NCBI GenBank assembly: GCA_964630875.1
Contig: CAZVXF010000003.1
Location: forward strand, 13,404-77,403
DNA from: an uncultured bacterium
Lineage (GTDB): Bacteria > Chlamydiota > Chlamydiia > Chlamydiales > SM23-39
Direction of reading: 5' to 3'
Length of the DNA: 64,000 bases
Within the stretch, counting starts at the first letter, position 1; each line of letters opens with the position of its first letter. The notes under the pieces were generated by a model. It had not been told where the DNA came from and did no database searches. It was given only the letters and a program-made list of their open reading frames with translations. The translations under genes were made by a program, and so were the position numbers. Below, piece after piece: positions 54,039 through 63,139 of the stretch.

Positions 54039-55599
54039 TCCTTAAGTGAAAAGAGATACGATATAAATTCTCTGTCGCTTCCCATTGAATATCTTGAGAA
54101 TTATCTGCCCAACCTTCTCCTTGATAAATCGACTCGTGAAATTTACGCGCATTGAGAGGGCTTGCGGTTTTGAATTCCATTTCAATCTTCGCTAGATAGG
54201 GTTCTTTTGGCGAATCAATATTTGGGTAAGATACGAGCTGGTATCTGATCGTATGAATCTCGATCGGGTCTTGATCTTTCTCCGTTCCTGATATGCAAGG
54301 ATGTTGGTAAATCCAAGAAAGAATTTCTGCAACTTTTGGATTTTGCATAATATACGCATACTCTTTAGAGTTCCTTCGGATGGCTTTATTCCATCGCTCT
54401 AAAATTTCTTCTTCTTGGTTTGTGGCAAACATGTCTCGCGCAAGAGATCGATCCCAATCATTCAAAGTAGACTTTAGACTCGAGATCATTTTCTGGTTGT
54501 TTGAATGAAGAGTATAATTTGAAAAACCAACTAGACCTAAAGAGAACAACAAAGAAGCTGCACCTAAATAAAGAGAGGCAAGTCCCAATTTTCTCCAATT
54601 TTTTTTAGGAAAGAATTCATCTTGGAGGAACTGTACCGATTTTTGACCATATCCAATTGTAAGACCAATTGAAATTGCATGCTTTTGTTCATCTTTTGTC
54701 ATCTCTTCTGTGAGATTTGGACTCACAACATCTGCGATCGATTCTTCCAAAAATTCCTGTAGTTGCCCAAAGGCATCGATTCGACCCGTGAAAAAAATGG
54801 GTTTTTGTCCATAGTGACTCGAAAAAGAGTAAATGACGCGGGCGAATTCCTTTCTGAATTCGAAAACCAAAGCAGAGAGCTGCGAATTCAGGCCGAGCTG
54901 TAGCTGAAGAAGATCGATTTGTTTTGCGATCCCTGTAATTTCTTTTGGAATTAAAATTTTCTTTCGATCTTCCCATAGAGCTTCTAGGAGCGATTCGATC
55001 CCTCCGGGAATCGAATGAAACTTTTTCAAATTTCCTTTATCGATGCAGACGCATGTCCATTCTTCCGAACCAAGATCTACGAGAATTGCATCTTTCAAAT
55101 GCGGAAATTTCCATTTCAGAAAATGAATCAGAGCCACCGGAGTTGCAGTAATCGAATCGGGATCTATTTGAATTTTTTTGAGGACCTCTAACTGCTCACG
55201 AATCCCGGATCGGGCAGCTGTGAACAAGAGGGCGGTTGTTTTTTCTTTTGTTTGCTCGATTATATAAGGAATCGACAGGACATCTGTTTCGCTCAAGTGA
55301 CTTGTAGCATCTGCTTGAAATGCAATGATTTGCTCTAGATGTTTACTGGAATTTGATTGAAACTCAAGCTCTCGCATCAAAAGATTTTTTGCAGATAAAC
55401 TGGAACAAATTTTTCCTTTGAACGCTGTTTTGTAAAGCTGCTTTACACCATCTACATCACTCATTGGCAACGATTTCAAATAAAGAATACTAGATCGCTT
55501 TTTAGTTTTCTCTATAAGCGCGAGTCTGAAGAAGGGTCGATCTATTGTGATCCCGAGAATTTGCATAGCCGTTGATTCTATCATATGAGAGAATACCAT
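54022..55599 (-). CDS. GspL/PilM-like protein: degenerate actin-like ATPase fold + TM + periplasmic domain
   Basis: ILGITIDRPFFRLALIE, AILVDLGSEEWTCVCIDKG, IPGGIESL and IFFTGRIDAFGQLQEFL are collinear with PilM/GspL-cyto blocks. A TM follows (LGLASLYLGAASLLFSLGLVGF) and then a ~165-aa C-terminal domain. Confidence 0.4.
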   Translation of the reverse strand: MVFSHMIESTAMQILGITIDRPFFRLALIEKTKKRSSILYLKSLPMSDVDGVKQLYKTAFKGKICSSLSAKNLLMRELEFQSNSSKHLEQIIAFQADATSHLSETDVLSIPYIIEQTKEKTTALLFTAARSGIREQLEVLKKIQIDPDSITATPVALIHFLKWKFPHLKDAILVDLGSEEWTCVCIDKGNLKKFHSIPGGIESLLEALWEDRKKILIPKEITGIAKQIDLLQLQLGLNSQLSALVFEFRKEFARVIYSFSSHYGQKPIFFTGRIDAFGQLQEFLEESIADVVSPNLTEEMTKDEQKHAISIGLTIGYGQKSVQFLQDEFFPKKNWRKLGLASLYLGAASLLFSLGLVGFSNYTLHSNNQKMISSLKSTLNDWDRSLARDMFATNQEEEILERWNKAIRRNSKEYAYIMQNPKVAEILSWIYQHPCISGTEKDQDPIEIHTIRYQLVSYPNIDSPKEPYLAKIEMEFKTASPLNARKFHESIYQGEGWADNSQDIQWEATENLYRISFHLRNEKNA

Positions 55600-55638
55600 T
55601 CGCGAAAAAAAAATTTGTGCTACTAACTTGTTAAATGA

Positions 55639-55935
55639 ATGAAGTTATTTATCTTAAATGGTATAATCCCACGCATGTTTGCTTATTCCCTTTACCAGAT
55701 CGTTCACTATCTTTTTGTCGCCTACACCCTGTTGTTGACTGTGCGCATTCTTGCATCCTGGGTTCCTTCTTGGCGCTACCAAACTTGGTTTCGATTCATT
55801 GCATTTTACACAGATCCGTATCTTCGTATTTTTCAGCGAATCATTCCTCCAATCGGCGGGATAGATCTGAGTCCTATTTTTGCTTTCTTTGCGCTCCGGA
55901 TCTTTGAAGCGATTATCCTTGCAATAATTCGATGA
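55639..55935 (+). CDS. yggT: YggT family membrane protein
   Basis: LLLTVRILASWV...DPYLRIFQRIIPPIGGIDLSPIFAFFAL, the typical YggT signature. Confidence 0.8.
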   Translation: MKLFILNGIIPRMFAYSLYQIVHYLFVAYTLLLTVRILASWVPSWRYQTWFRFIAFYTDPYLRIFQRIIPPIGGIDLSPIFAFFALRIFEAIILAIIR

Positions 55936-56951
55936 AAAATACCCCATTTAATTTAGGTTCCGTTCGGCTAAAAAATCGCGTTCTTTATGCTCCGCTTGCT
56001 GGCTGTTCAGATTATCCATTTCGACAAATGTCTGCACGCTATCAGCCCGCTATGACGTATTGTGAAATGATTAAAATGGATGCGCTGATTCGCAATGATT
56101 CACACACCTATCGGATGATGGATTTCGAAGCAGCCATGCATCCGATTGGTGTCCAGCTTTGTGGAAGTAAACCCAAGCTTGCGGCCCCTACCGCTCGAAT
56201 CGCAGAGGATTTTGGTTTTGATGCGATCGATTTTAATTGCGGGTGCCCTGTTGATAAAGTGACAAAAGATGGCAGTGGATCTGGAATGTTAAAAAATCCC
56301 GACCTGATCGGTGAAATGCTTGCAAATATGATTGCGGCTGTGAAAATTCCCGTGACCGTAAAAATCCGTGCCGGATGGGATGAACAATCTATTAATGCAC
56401 CACTGATCACACAAATTGCAGAAAGAGTCGGAGCAAAAGCCATTACCATTCATGGAAGAACACGCGCGCAAGGGTATAAAGGCCCTGCAAATTGGGATTA
56501 TATAAAAGCTTGCAAGCAAGTCGCAAAAAGTATTCAAGTCATTGGGAATGGAGATGTCTTTGATGCAGACGCCGCGCTTCGTATGTTTGCCCATACAGGC
56601 TGCGATGCCGTTCTTGTTTCGCGCGGAACGCTTGGCCGCCCCTGGATTGTAGAAGACATCCTCAGAGCCATGGATGGTCTACCTCCTATTCACAGAACTC
56701 CGTTAGACGTTCGCGATACACTCCTTGAACATTTTTATCTCATTATTCGGTATCGCAATGAAAAGCAATCGCTGCTCGATTTTCGAAGAGTTGGGTGCTG
56801 GTATTTGAAGCAGTTAGAGGGAGTCAAAGAACTTCGAATCGGGTTAAATAGAGCGCAAACATCGGCAGAAGCTCTCCGTCTTATCGAATATTTTCCTTGG
56901 CAGGATGTCTCTCTATCGCAAGCTCTTGCGTTTGCTGAAAGCGAAGCATAA
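55932..56951 (+). CDS. dus: tRNA-dihydrouridine synthase
   Basis: LAPLAGCSDYPFRQ, IDFNCGCP, KIRAGWD and ITIHGRTRAQGY blocks. Confidence 0.9.
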   Translation: MKNTPFNLGSVRLKNRVLYAPLAGCSDYPFRQMSARYQPAMTYCEMIKMDALIRNDSHTYRMMDFEAAMHPIGVQLCGSKPKLAAPTARIAEDFGFDAIDFNCGCPVDKVTKDGSGSGMLKNPDLIGEMLANMIAAVKIPVTVKIRAGWDEQSINAPLITQIAERVGAKAITIHGRTRAQGYKGPANWDYIKACKQVAKSIQVIGNGDVFDADAALRMFAHTGCDAVLVSRGTLGRPWIVEDILRAMDGLPPIHRTPLDVRDTLLEHFYLIIRYRNEKQSLLDFRRVGCWYLKQLEGVKELRIGLNRAQTSAEALRLIEYFPWQDVSLSQALAFAESEA

Positions 56952-57042
56952 GCATCTTATAAACAAGCACTTATCATCTAATCGAAGTTTCCTTTCGCAT
57001 CAATTCGAAGTAAATGATAACATCAATTCGAAGTAAATATAA

Positions 57043-57352
57043 GATTATATTCGCGGGTCTCGACATATTCCTTTTCCTCGTGAAGCCATTCATGCAGCAA
57101 TGGGCGCATTTTTCAAATGCCTTCACAGTGAGTCTTCTTCTGTTGTACGTGCAATATTAGGGCATTTTCTGTTTGTCTATATACATCCATATATGGACGG
57201 GAATGGGCGCACGGCAAGATTTCTGATGAATGTTATGCTTGCATCAGAAGGCATTCCTTGGGCAATCATTCGGGTGAGTCAACGCGATCGTTATTAGGCG
57301 CTGGAATTGAACCATTTGTGAAGTTTATCGCAGAAGAAATGGGTTATCAATG
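57043..57352 (+). pseudogene. Fic (filamentation induced by cAMP) domain gene remnant
   Basis: The frame reads ...RHIPFPREAIHAAMGAFFKCLH...FLFVYIHPYMDGNGRTARFLMNVML (HPFxDGNGRxxR motif) ...SQRDRY* then ALE...GIEPFVKFIAEEMGYQ in shifted frames. The N-terminal ~150 aa is missing, and stops lie just upstream at ~57034. Confidence 0.7.
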
Positions 57353-58519
57353 AACGAGTACCCAATCAGGATTTTTAGGGGTCTTTTTAAGATCCTTAAG
57401 AACGCTTTCATCTAAACATTTTGCATAGTTTGAGAGCGCAAGATAAAGATATAAATAGACATCCTCAAACAGTAAATTTCCCAAGACAAATTCTTTTGCA
57501 TTTTTTGAAATTTGTTTGCACAAAGGATCATTATTTCTTGCCAAATCAACTTGAGCAACTAAGTCGGATAGATCGTTTTTTATGGGTACATAATGAACAA
57601 ATGGCTTGAGTGCCCTGTAAAACCACTGTATTTGATCAGACTCTTGTTTCATCGTTAAACAGCCAGATAACAATCTCCATTGAAATCCAGGATATGAACA
57701 CATGATTCCATCTAGAACGGGTAAGTATTTGAATTCCATATGCTCTTCATACGATGCACCTGGTTTTACAAATGTGATTAAATGTTGATCATGAGGCAAA
57801 AAAAAGCCCGTTAATCCAGCATCAACTGAGTCACCAAATTCTTTCGAGATTTGGCAAATTTGTTTACGATGAACAGGTTCAGTGTATGTGCCTCTCCAAA
57901 ATGCTTTTTGATTCTTTTCAGCCCATTGCTTGTTTACCCCAGAAAAGTTTTTCCCTTGGATGAGTTTATGAAGATCATCGAACCAAAGAGTGGATACGCT
58001 GCGATAATCAGGAACAAGAATTAAAAAAGGAGTTGTTTTTAACTTGGCCCAACCAAAAATAGGAGCTTGATCTTCTACTAAATAGAAGGGATGATCAGTT
58101 CCATCTTCATGATTCATGATAAAGTCAACATTTGGAACTTTGGTTAGACGACAAAGTGTGAGCAATGCATTTTGAAACCGATCGCAAGGCTCAAACCCTT
58201 CTTTTTGTCTATTGCTAGAAAGATAGACTTGATTATTCACGATACGATAGCGCAGTACCGCTTTCTCATTCTTGGGAATCTTTGCATCAGTCTGATTCAA
58301 AGCATTCAGTGAGATGTTCATTTTCTTGAAAGGGAATAGATCCTCTTTAATTTGCTGAAGCATCCACTGGGGAGGATCATTACGTACTTTCTCTTGAAAC
58401 TTTTTCGTAAGAAATCCTTTTTCCGCTTTAAAGTGTCGATAGTATAGCTTACGGGAATTGTTTTCCTGAGAGCAGGAAAAACATAAGAAAACCAAGAATA
58501 TGAGCCAAAAAAATCGCAT
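57347..58519 (-). CDS. glycosyltransferase family 90 (CAP10/Poglut-like) protein
   Basis: KAFWRGTYTEP, DAGLTG, EFKYLPVLDGIMCSYPGFQWRLLSGCLTMKQES and FYRALKPFVHYVPIKNDLSDL are collinear with the CAP10 domain as I recall it. Start set at Met 58519 (signal peptide MRFFWLIFLVFLCFSC). Confidence 0.6.
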   Translation of the reverse strand: MRFFWLIFLVFLCFSCSQENNSRKLYYRHFKAEKGFLTKKFQEKVRNDPPQWMLQQIKEDLFPFKKMNISLNALNQTDAKIPKNEKAVLRYRIVNNQVYLSSNRQKEGFEPCDRFQNALLTLCRLTKVPNVDFIMNHEDGTDHPFYLVEDQAPIFGWAKLKTTPFLILVPDYRSVSTLWFDDLHKLIQGKNFSGVNKQWAEKNQKAFWRGTYTEPVHRKQICQISKEFGDSVDAGLTGFFLPHDQHLITFVKPGASYEEHMEFKYLPVLDGIMCSYPGFQWRLLSGCLTMKQESDQIQWFYRALKPFVHYVPIKNDLSDLVAQVDLARNNDPLCKQISKNAKEFVLGNLLFEDVYLYLYLALSNYAKCLDESVLKDLKKTPKNPDWVLVH

Positions 58520-58535
58520 TGAAAAATAGACCTTT

Positions 58536-59018
58536 TTAGAGTGTATTATCGTCTTGATGTTCATGATTTTCGAAAATTTCCTGCAGGCGATCTTTATTTT
58601 TTTTGCTTTCAATCATCAATTTTTCGGGAGGGCTTTTTTTCTTTCCTTTGAGATAAGCGATGAAGATGTGATTTGTTTGAACATGTGCACCAAGAGCTCT
58701 TGCTTGTCTTGTGAGCCCTGCGTCATTGGTGACAACTTTGACATCCTTGCTGTTTTTTGCAAGAGTTACTTGTTCTAAGATAAAGGAATCGGCATTCAGT
58801 CCTTTGGGTGTAAAAACGACCTCTAAAGGTGATTCGTATCCTCTACCGCTTTCTTCATCTTCTCTGTGAAAGCCATCAAATACAAGCATTCCTGAAAGTT
58901 TGAGTAATGCAAATTGCGTTTGAAGATAATGAATGATCTCCTGTCTTTGTGAAGAAAAAGGTTTTGCAGAGTCTACAAGAGAAAAAAGAATATTGTAACC
59001 ATCAAGCAGGAAGAACAA
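58536..59018 (-). CDS. YacP/Rae1-like NYN (PIN-like) domain RNase
   Basis: MFFLLDGYNILFS N-terminus, VVFD, VVFT and TNDAGL blocks are typical of the YacP family. Confidence 0.65.
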   Translation of the reverse strand: MFFLLDGYNILFSLVDSAKPFSSQRQEIIHYLQTQFALLKLSGMLVFDGFHREDEESGRGYESPLEVVFTPKGLNADSFILEQVTLAKNSKDVKVVTNDAGLTRQARALGAHVQTNHIFIAYLKGKKKSPPEKLMIESKKNKDRLQEIFENHEHQDDNTL

Positions 59019-59616
59019 GCAAACTCTCGATCGTAGGGATGAGTTTATCTAAGGACTTTCGACGGTGGGAAATGCGGTTTTTTATCTCATCCCCGAGCTC
59101 TGAGAAAGACTTATGGTAACTATCTTTGATAAAGATCGGATCGTATCCAAAACCACTTCCTCCTTTATCTTGAATCGCAATGGTTCCAACGCATATTCCC
59201 GTTGCCGTTTTGATGAGGCCATCAGGTGACGCTAATGCAATGCAACACTCATAATAGGCATTGCGCTCCTCATCGACAAGACTTGCCATCTCTGAGAGAA
59301 GTTTTTTTCGGTTCTCAAAATCAGTGGCTTGATTTCCTGCATAACGGGCAGAAAAAATTCCAGGAGCTCCTTTCAGAGCAGGGACTGTCAACCCAGAATC
59401 GTCAGCTAGAACGAATCTTTGGAGAGTTTTTGCTGCATGCACCGCTTTTACGATCGCATTTTCCTCAAAAGTTTTGCCATTTTCTTCTGGCGCTACATAC
59501 TCGGGAAAATCGGCTAAACTGCGGATATCGAGATTTAAAAAGCCTTTCAACATGGCTTTAAATTCTCTGATTTTGTGCATGTTATGGCTTGCGATTACAA
59601 TTTCAAATTCTTTCAT
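59002..59616 (-). CDS. rdgB: dITP/XTP pyrophosphatase (Ham1/RdgB)
   Basis: IVIASHNMHKIREF, DDSGLTVPALKGAPGIFSARYAG, GFGYDPIF and ISHR. Confidence 0.88.
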   Translation of the reverse strand: MKEFEIVIASHNMHKIREFKAMLKGFLNLDIRSLADFPEYVAPEENGKTFEENAIVKAVHAAKTLQRFVLADDSGLTVPALKGAPGIFSARYAGNQATDFENRKKLLSEMASLVDEERNAYYECCIALASPDGLIKTATGICVGTIAIQDKGGSGFGYDPIFIKDSYHKSFSELGDEIKNRISHRRKSLDKLIPTIESLLVLPA

Positions 59617-61799
59617 TTTTTTTGATCAAAATAACTATTTATATCTAAAATTGTAAACTCTTCCCCTTGAAATGTAAATTTTTCACCGACAGTTCGCCCT
59701 TTCATCGCTTGCGCGATTTTTGATTGGAATGAAAGAATTCTCTTTTCAGGATCTGCATCCCAGGGGCCCAGGAGAGTAAATTTTAAGTGTTCACCTTTAG
59801 AGTCGCGAACAGAAACAACAGAACCCACTCCCACTTCATCAGGAGCGATATCTTCCGGTGTCAGGATTCGCGCTTGCGCGATTTGATCTGAGAAGAATTT
59901 CAACTCAGACTGCAATCGATCCCGTCTTTCAAGAGCTGCTTTAAACTCTGCGTTTTCTCGCAGATCTCCGAGCGCTCGAGCTGCTTCAATTTCTTTCGCG
60001 TTCTGTACCGTTTCAACGGTTGCGATTTGTTGAATTCGGCTTTGCGCTTTTTGGTACCCTTCTTGCGTTGTCCAAATGATATTTTCGGGTGTTTTTCCTT
60101 GATCTTTATCTTTTCGTAGACGCGATAGAGATGGATGGACAACTTCTGCAAGAGAGTGAAGAATTTTAATATCATGATCTGCAAAAGATCCACATTTTGA
60201 AGCGAGGAGAAGATATTCTTTCACCTCTTCGATTTTGGATTGTTGCAAAATTTCTCTTACAATCGCATATCGATCATCGATGATGAGATTCAGCACTTTT
60301 TTTGTCAGGTCTTTGCTTTGTGGTTTTTGCTCTAGATGATCAAGCAAGATCAGCAATCCTTCGAAAAATAGATTTTTCCCTTCCTTGTCGCTGAATGGGA
60401 GTTTTGATTTTTTATCCATCACTTTCTGGAAATACCAAATAAATGCTTCAGGATAAGAAATTGGATGGATCAGTAGATCGTTGATCTTTTTCTTTAATGC
60501 ATCTTTTGTTTCAGAACCGTTCAGCTCTGTGACAAGATAGTCACGAATCGAGTTTTGATCGATCGTTAGTAAAAGATCTAAGAAAATATTTGCCCAATCT
60601 TTTCTTGCCTCTGCAGCAATCTGGAGGATTCGCTTTTGATGTCCCGCGATATCAATCGAACGCACTAAGTCCGCAATTTTAGGCATTTGGGAGAGTATTT
60701 CTCGAATTGTATTCTCACTTTGAGCTACATCTAAATCTGAGAGTAATAAGAGAAGACTTAGTCTTTGAGCATCATTCATGTGCTCATGCTGCAGCATTTC
60801 GCTGATTTTACTGACTAAAGATGCTTTAAACTCACTATTTTTTAACGTCTCAGTGAAATCGCGGAGAAATGCATAGGTCATTTGAATGGTTGAATGAACT
60901 CCTGGATTTTCTTCTAATGCCTTATGAAAAGCCATTTCGTGGGGAAGCTCTTTTTCTCTTAAGTGAAAAGGGTCCTTCAGATCTTTTGGACATTCAATTT
61001 TTGTGTCTTTTTTGAGTTTGGCTCTGGTTGTTTGCCACCAACGATTCCATTCGTCTGCCGGAATGACTAAATCAATCATCTCTTCTTTAATTTCTGCTGC
61101 ATTCTTTGGCCCTAAATCATGCAGGAGCTTTCGAATCACTTCCGTTGGGTTTTCTCTTGCGGTTTTTTCTAGGTCATCTGGATTTCCAAAACGTTTGGAG
61201 TAAAAGTGAGTTTTTTCTAAAGGGATTAATGTTTTAAACGCTTTATCAAACGATAGCGTTTGAATGCCAAGCACATGTTCAAATTCAAGAGAAAGTTCTT
61301 CACGAACTAAAGAAACGCTTGTGATTTCTCCTGTTCCCCATCCGGCGGAGTGAAACACGAAATTCCCTTCTTTAAGATGGGTGAGAAGTTCGTAATCGCG
61401 AATGCAACCTTGAAATCTTTCTCGATTTCGAAGACCCACAAGTCTCAATTTTTCATTGAATAGAGGATCCTCTGGATTGCGTTCTTTTAGGTATTCTGTA
61501 GCCAGATCCGCTAATTGTTCGCTATTTGTTGTTTGTAAATCTAAGATTAAGCGAAGAACAGCATGCGAAAACTCTCCAATTGGCAAAAGTCTCCAAATTG
61601 GGATGGCTCTTTCTACCTGCAAGCCGAAAGGTTTCGCAAGTTCAGATTTTTTAACGCTTTCGAGAATGGCCACCATTTCTTCGCCATCTGGTTGATCTCC
61701 GTGGCAGTATTCTTCCCAGATTTTCAAAAAACCAGGATAATCATTATTTTGTATTCTTCCACGAAAATCTTTTAAATAAGCCATTGAATCCATTCTCAA
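59613..61799 (-). CDS. greA: transcription elongation factor GreA with a long chlamydial-type N-terminal extension
   Basis: The C-terminal ~150 aa (EIEAARALGDLRENAEFKAALERRDRLQSELKFFSDQIAQARIL...VGVGSVVSV...FTLLGPWDADPEKRILSFQSKIAQAMKGRTVGEKF) is GreA. It is preceded by ~570 aa of unknown function. Confidence 0.85.
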   Translation of the reverse strand: MRMDSMAYLKDFRGRIQNNDYPGFLKIWEEYCHGDQPDGEEMVAILESVKKSELAKPFGLQVERAIPIWRLLPIGEFSHAVLRLILDLQTTNSEQLADLATEYLKERNPEDPLFNEKLRLVGLRNRERFQGCIRDYELLTHLKEGNFVFHSAGWGTGEITSVSLVREELSLEFEHVLGIQTLSFDKAFKTLIPLEKTHFYSKRFGNPDDLEKTARENPTEVIRKLLHDLGPKNAAEIKEEMIDLVIPADEWNRWWQTTRAKLKKDTKIECPKDLKDPFHLREKELPHEMAFHKALEENPGVHSTIQMTYAFLRDFTETLKNSEFKASLVSKISEMLQHEHMNDAQRLSLLLLLSDLDVAQSENTIREILSQMPKIADLVRSIDIAGHQKRILQIAAEARKDWANIFLDLLLTIDQNSIRDYLVTELNGSETKDALKKKINDLLIHPISYPEAFIWYFQKVMDKKSKLPFSDKEGKNLFFEGLLILLDHLEQKPQSKDLTKKVLNLIIDDRYAIVREILQQSKIEEVKEYLLLASKCGSFADHDIKILHSLAEVVHPSLSRLRKDKDQGKTPENIIWTTQEGYQKAQSRIQQIATVETVQNAKEIEAARALGDLRENAEFKAALERRDRLQSELKFFSDQIAQARILTPEDIAPDEVGVGSVVSVRDSKGEHLKFTLLGPWDADPEKRILSFQSKIAQAMKGRTVGEKFTFQGEEFTILDINSYFDQKK

Positions 61800-62007
61800 G
61801 CGATATTCCTTTTAAGGTTTTTGATTGAGTATAGAATCAACCAAGATAATCTTCAATGCGTTTAAAAAGAAAAATTTGTGATGCGGAAATTGCAATTCCC
61901 TCCAAAGCCGACTTTGATCAATGGTATAAAGAGTTCGTTTGTAAAATTTTTTATCATGTTTTTGTGTGTTTATTAATATCTATATTATGTTATAATAATT
62001 GAAAATT

Positions 62008-62379
62008 ATGGATAAACAAGTAGCAATTCCATTTCTAGGAAAGATAAAAATTGATTTTGATAGTTCGAAAAAGGTGTTTTTTCTAACTTGTCCAATCTTT
62101 AGCGTGACTGGTATCCTGCCAAGAACAGTACATAATTATGTAAAGGCAAGGGAAAATACCTCCTTTAATCCGTATAAAACTTTTTTTAAAATGAGCTCCT
62201 CTAAACAGGTGGATCTCATTCAAGAACTTCCTTTCCAATGGGGATTCCAGCCGAGCTTTCGAGAGCATATTCATGCATTTAGAAAACTTGCTGCCCACTG
62301 TCATCATACGCTTGTTGAAATCGCAATTGAGGAAAAGCTCAATCAGATCGAAGAAGTTTATATAGAAACTTTATTTTAA
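62008..62379 (+). CDS. hypothetical protein
   Basis: ORF of 123 aa from ATG 62008 (the track uses TTG 61999). No motif recognised. Confidence 0.4.
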   Translation: MDKQVAIPFLGKIKIDFDSSKKVFFLTCPIFSVTGILPRTVHNYVKARENTSFNPYKTFFKMSSSKQVDLIQELPFQWGFQPSFREHIHAFRKLAAHCHHTLVEIAIEEKLNQIEEVYIETLF

Positions 62380-63116
62380 TGCTTCTGGATCAGAAAATGC
62401 AATTGAGCGATGAGCTTTTGCAGGATCATTTTTTCAGCTTCACTTGGAACGCAGAGAGGTTTTTTTAAGAGCTCTCTTGCTTTTTTCATAAAGGTAATCG
62501 ACTGCGCTGCGAGGTTTGGAAGGCGCTTGTCGAATTCATTGAGTGGAAATTCTGTTCGGATCAGTGCGAGTAATTCTTGCTTTGTTTGTCCACTGTAGTT
62601 TTTGACGATTTCTTCTTTTTTCGTGGTGTCTCCATTGCGGCTTGCAAGAGTATAGATGACTTGTCTAGGCATTTGATCAATTTTTGCATGGAGAGCTTGG
62701 GGCATTTGTGCGTAGAATTCGTAGTATTGCAAAAAGTTGTAAGGAGTTTGGCGGTTTCCGTACGTTGCATAAAGCCAGGCGGTGAAAGCGCCATCGAGAT
62801 AATTTTTTAAAATTTCTTGGGCTTTTTTAATGCGCTCGCCATGCAAGATCACGGCTTGGTTCGTGATGGCTTTCACTTCGGATGTAATTGTTCCAAGTGA
62901 GCGAAGATCAGCTGAAATATCAAAAGATTCGTCTGCGCGGAAGTTTTTTAAGATCGCTTCAAGAACGGAGGTTTCTTCGGGATTCAGGGATGTAACGCGA
63001 AATATTCCAGAAAAACTTGAAAGATTTCCGCTATTTGATTTTTCGACAAGCGCCGTCATTTTTGTGCTATCTTTTTGACGGAATCTTAAATTCAAAAGAT
63101 CGTTGAATTTGGACAT
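62376..63116 (-). CDS. chlamydial plasmid protein pGP6-D-related protein (chromosomal copy)
   Basis: VILHGERIKKAQEILKNY..FTAWL...TPYNFLQYYEFYAQMP...MPRQVIYTLASRNGD is collinear with pGP6-D (LLLGEKIYNARKIL..FSSWI..SAYNALAYYELFINLP..IPYKSAYILAARKGD, from memory). Confidence 0.6.
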   Translation of the reverse strand: MSKFNDLLNLRFRQKDSTKMTALVEKSNSGNLSSFSGIFRVTSLNPEETSVLEAILKNFRADESFDISADLRSLGTITSEVKAITNQAVILHGERIKKAQEILKNYLDGAFTAWLYATYGNRQTPYNFLQYYEFYAQMPQALHAKIDQMPRQVIYTLASRNGDTTKKEEIVKNYSGQTKQELLALIRTEFPLNEFDKRLPNLAAQSITFMKKARELLKKPLCVPSEAEKMILQKLIAQLHFLIQKH

Positions 63117-63139
63117 GAGACCTCTTACGTAACTAAGGT

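Noticed and set aside
56975-57038. Short direct repeats as a possible CRISPR or mini-array
   Set aside because: There are only 2-3 copies of an 18-nt unit with 5-nt spacers and no cas genes. I interpret them as a junction repeat next to the Fic remnant.
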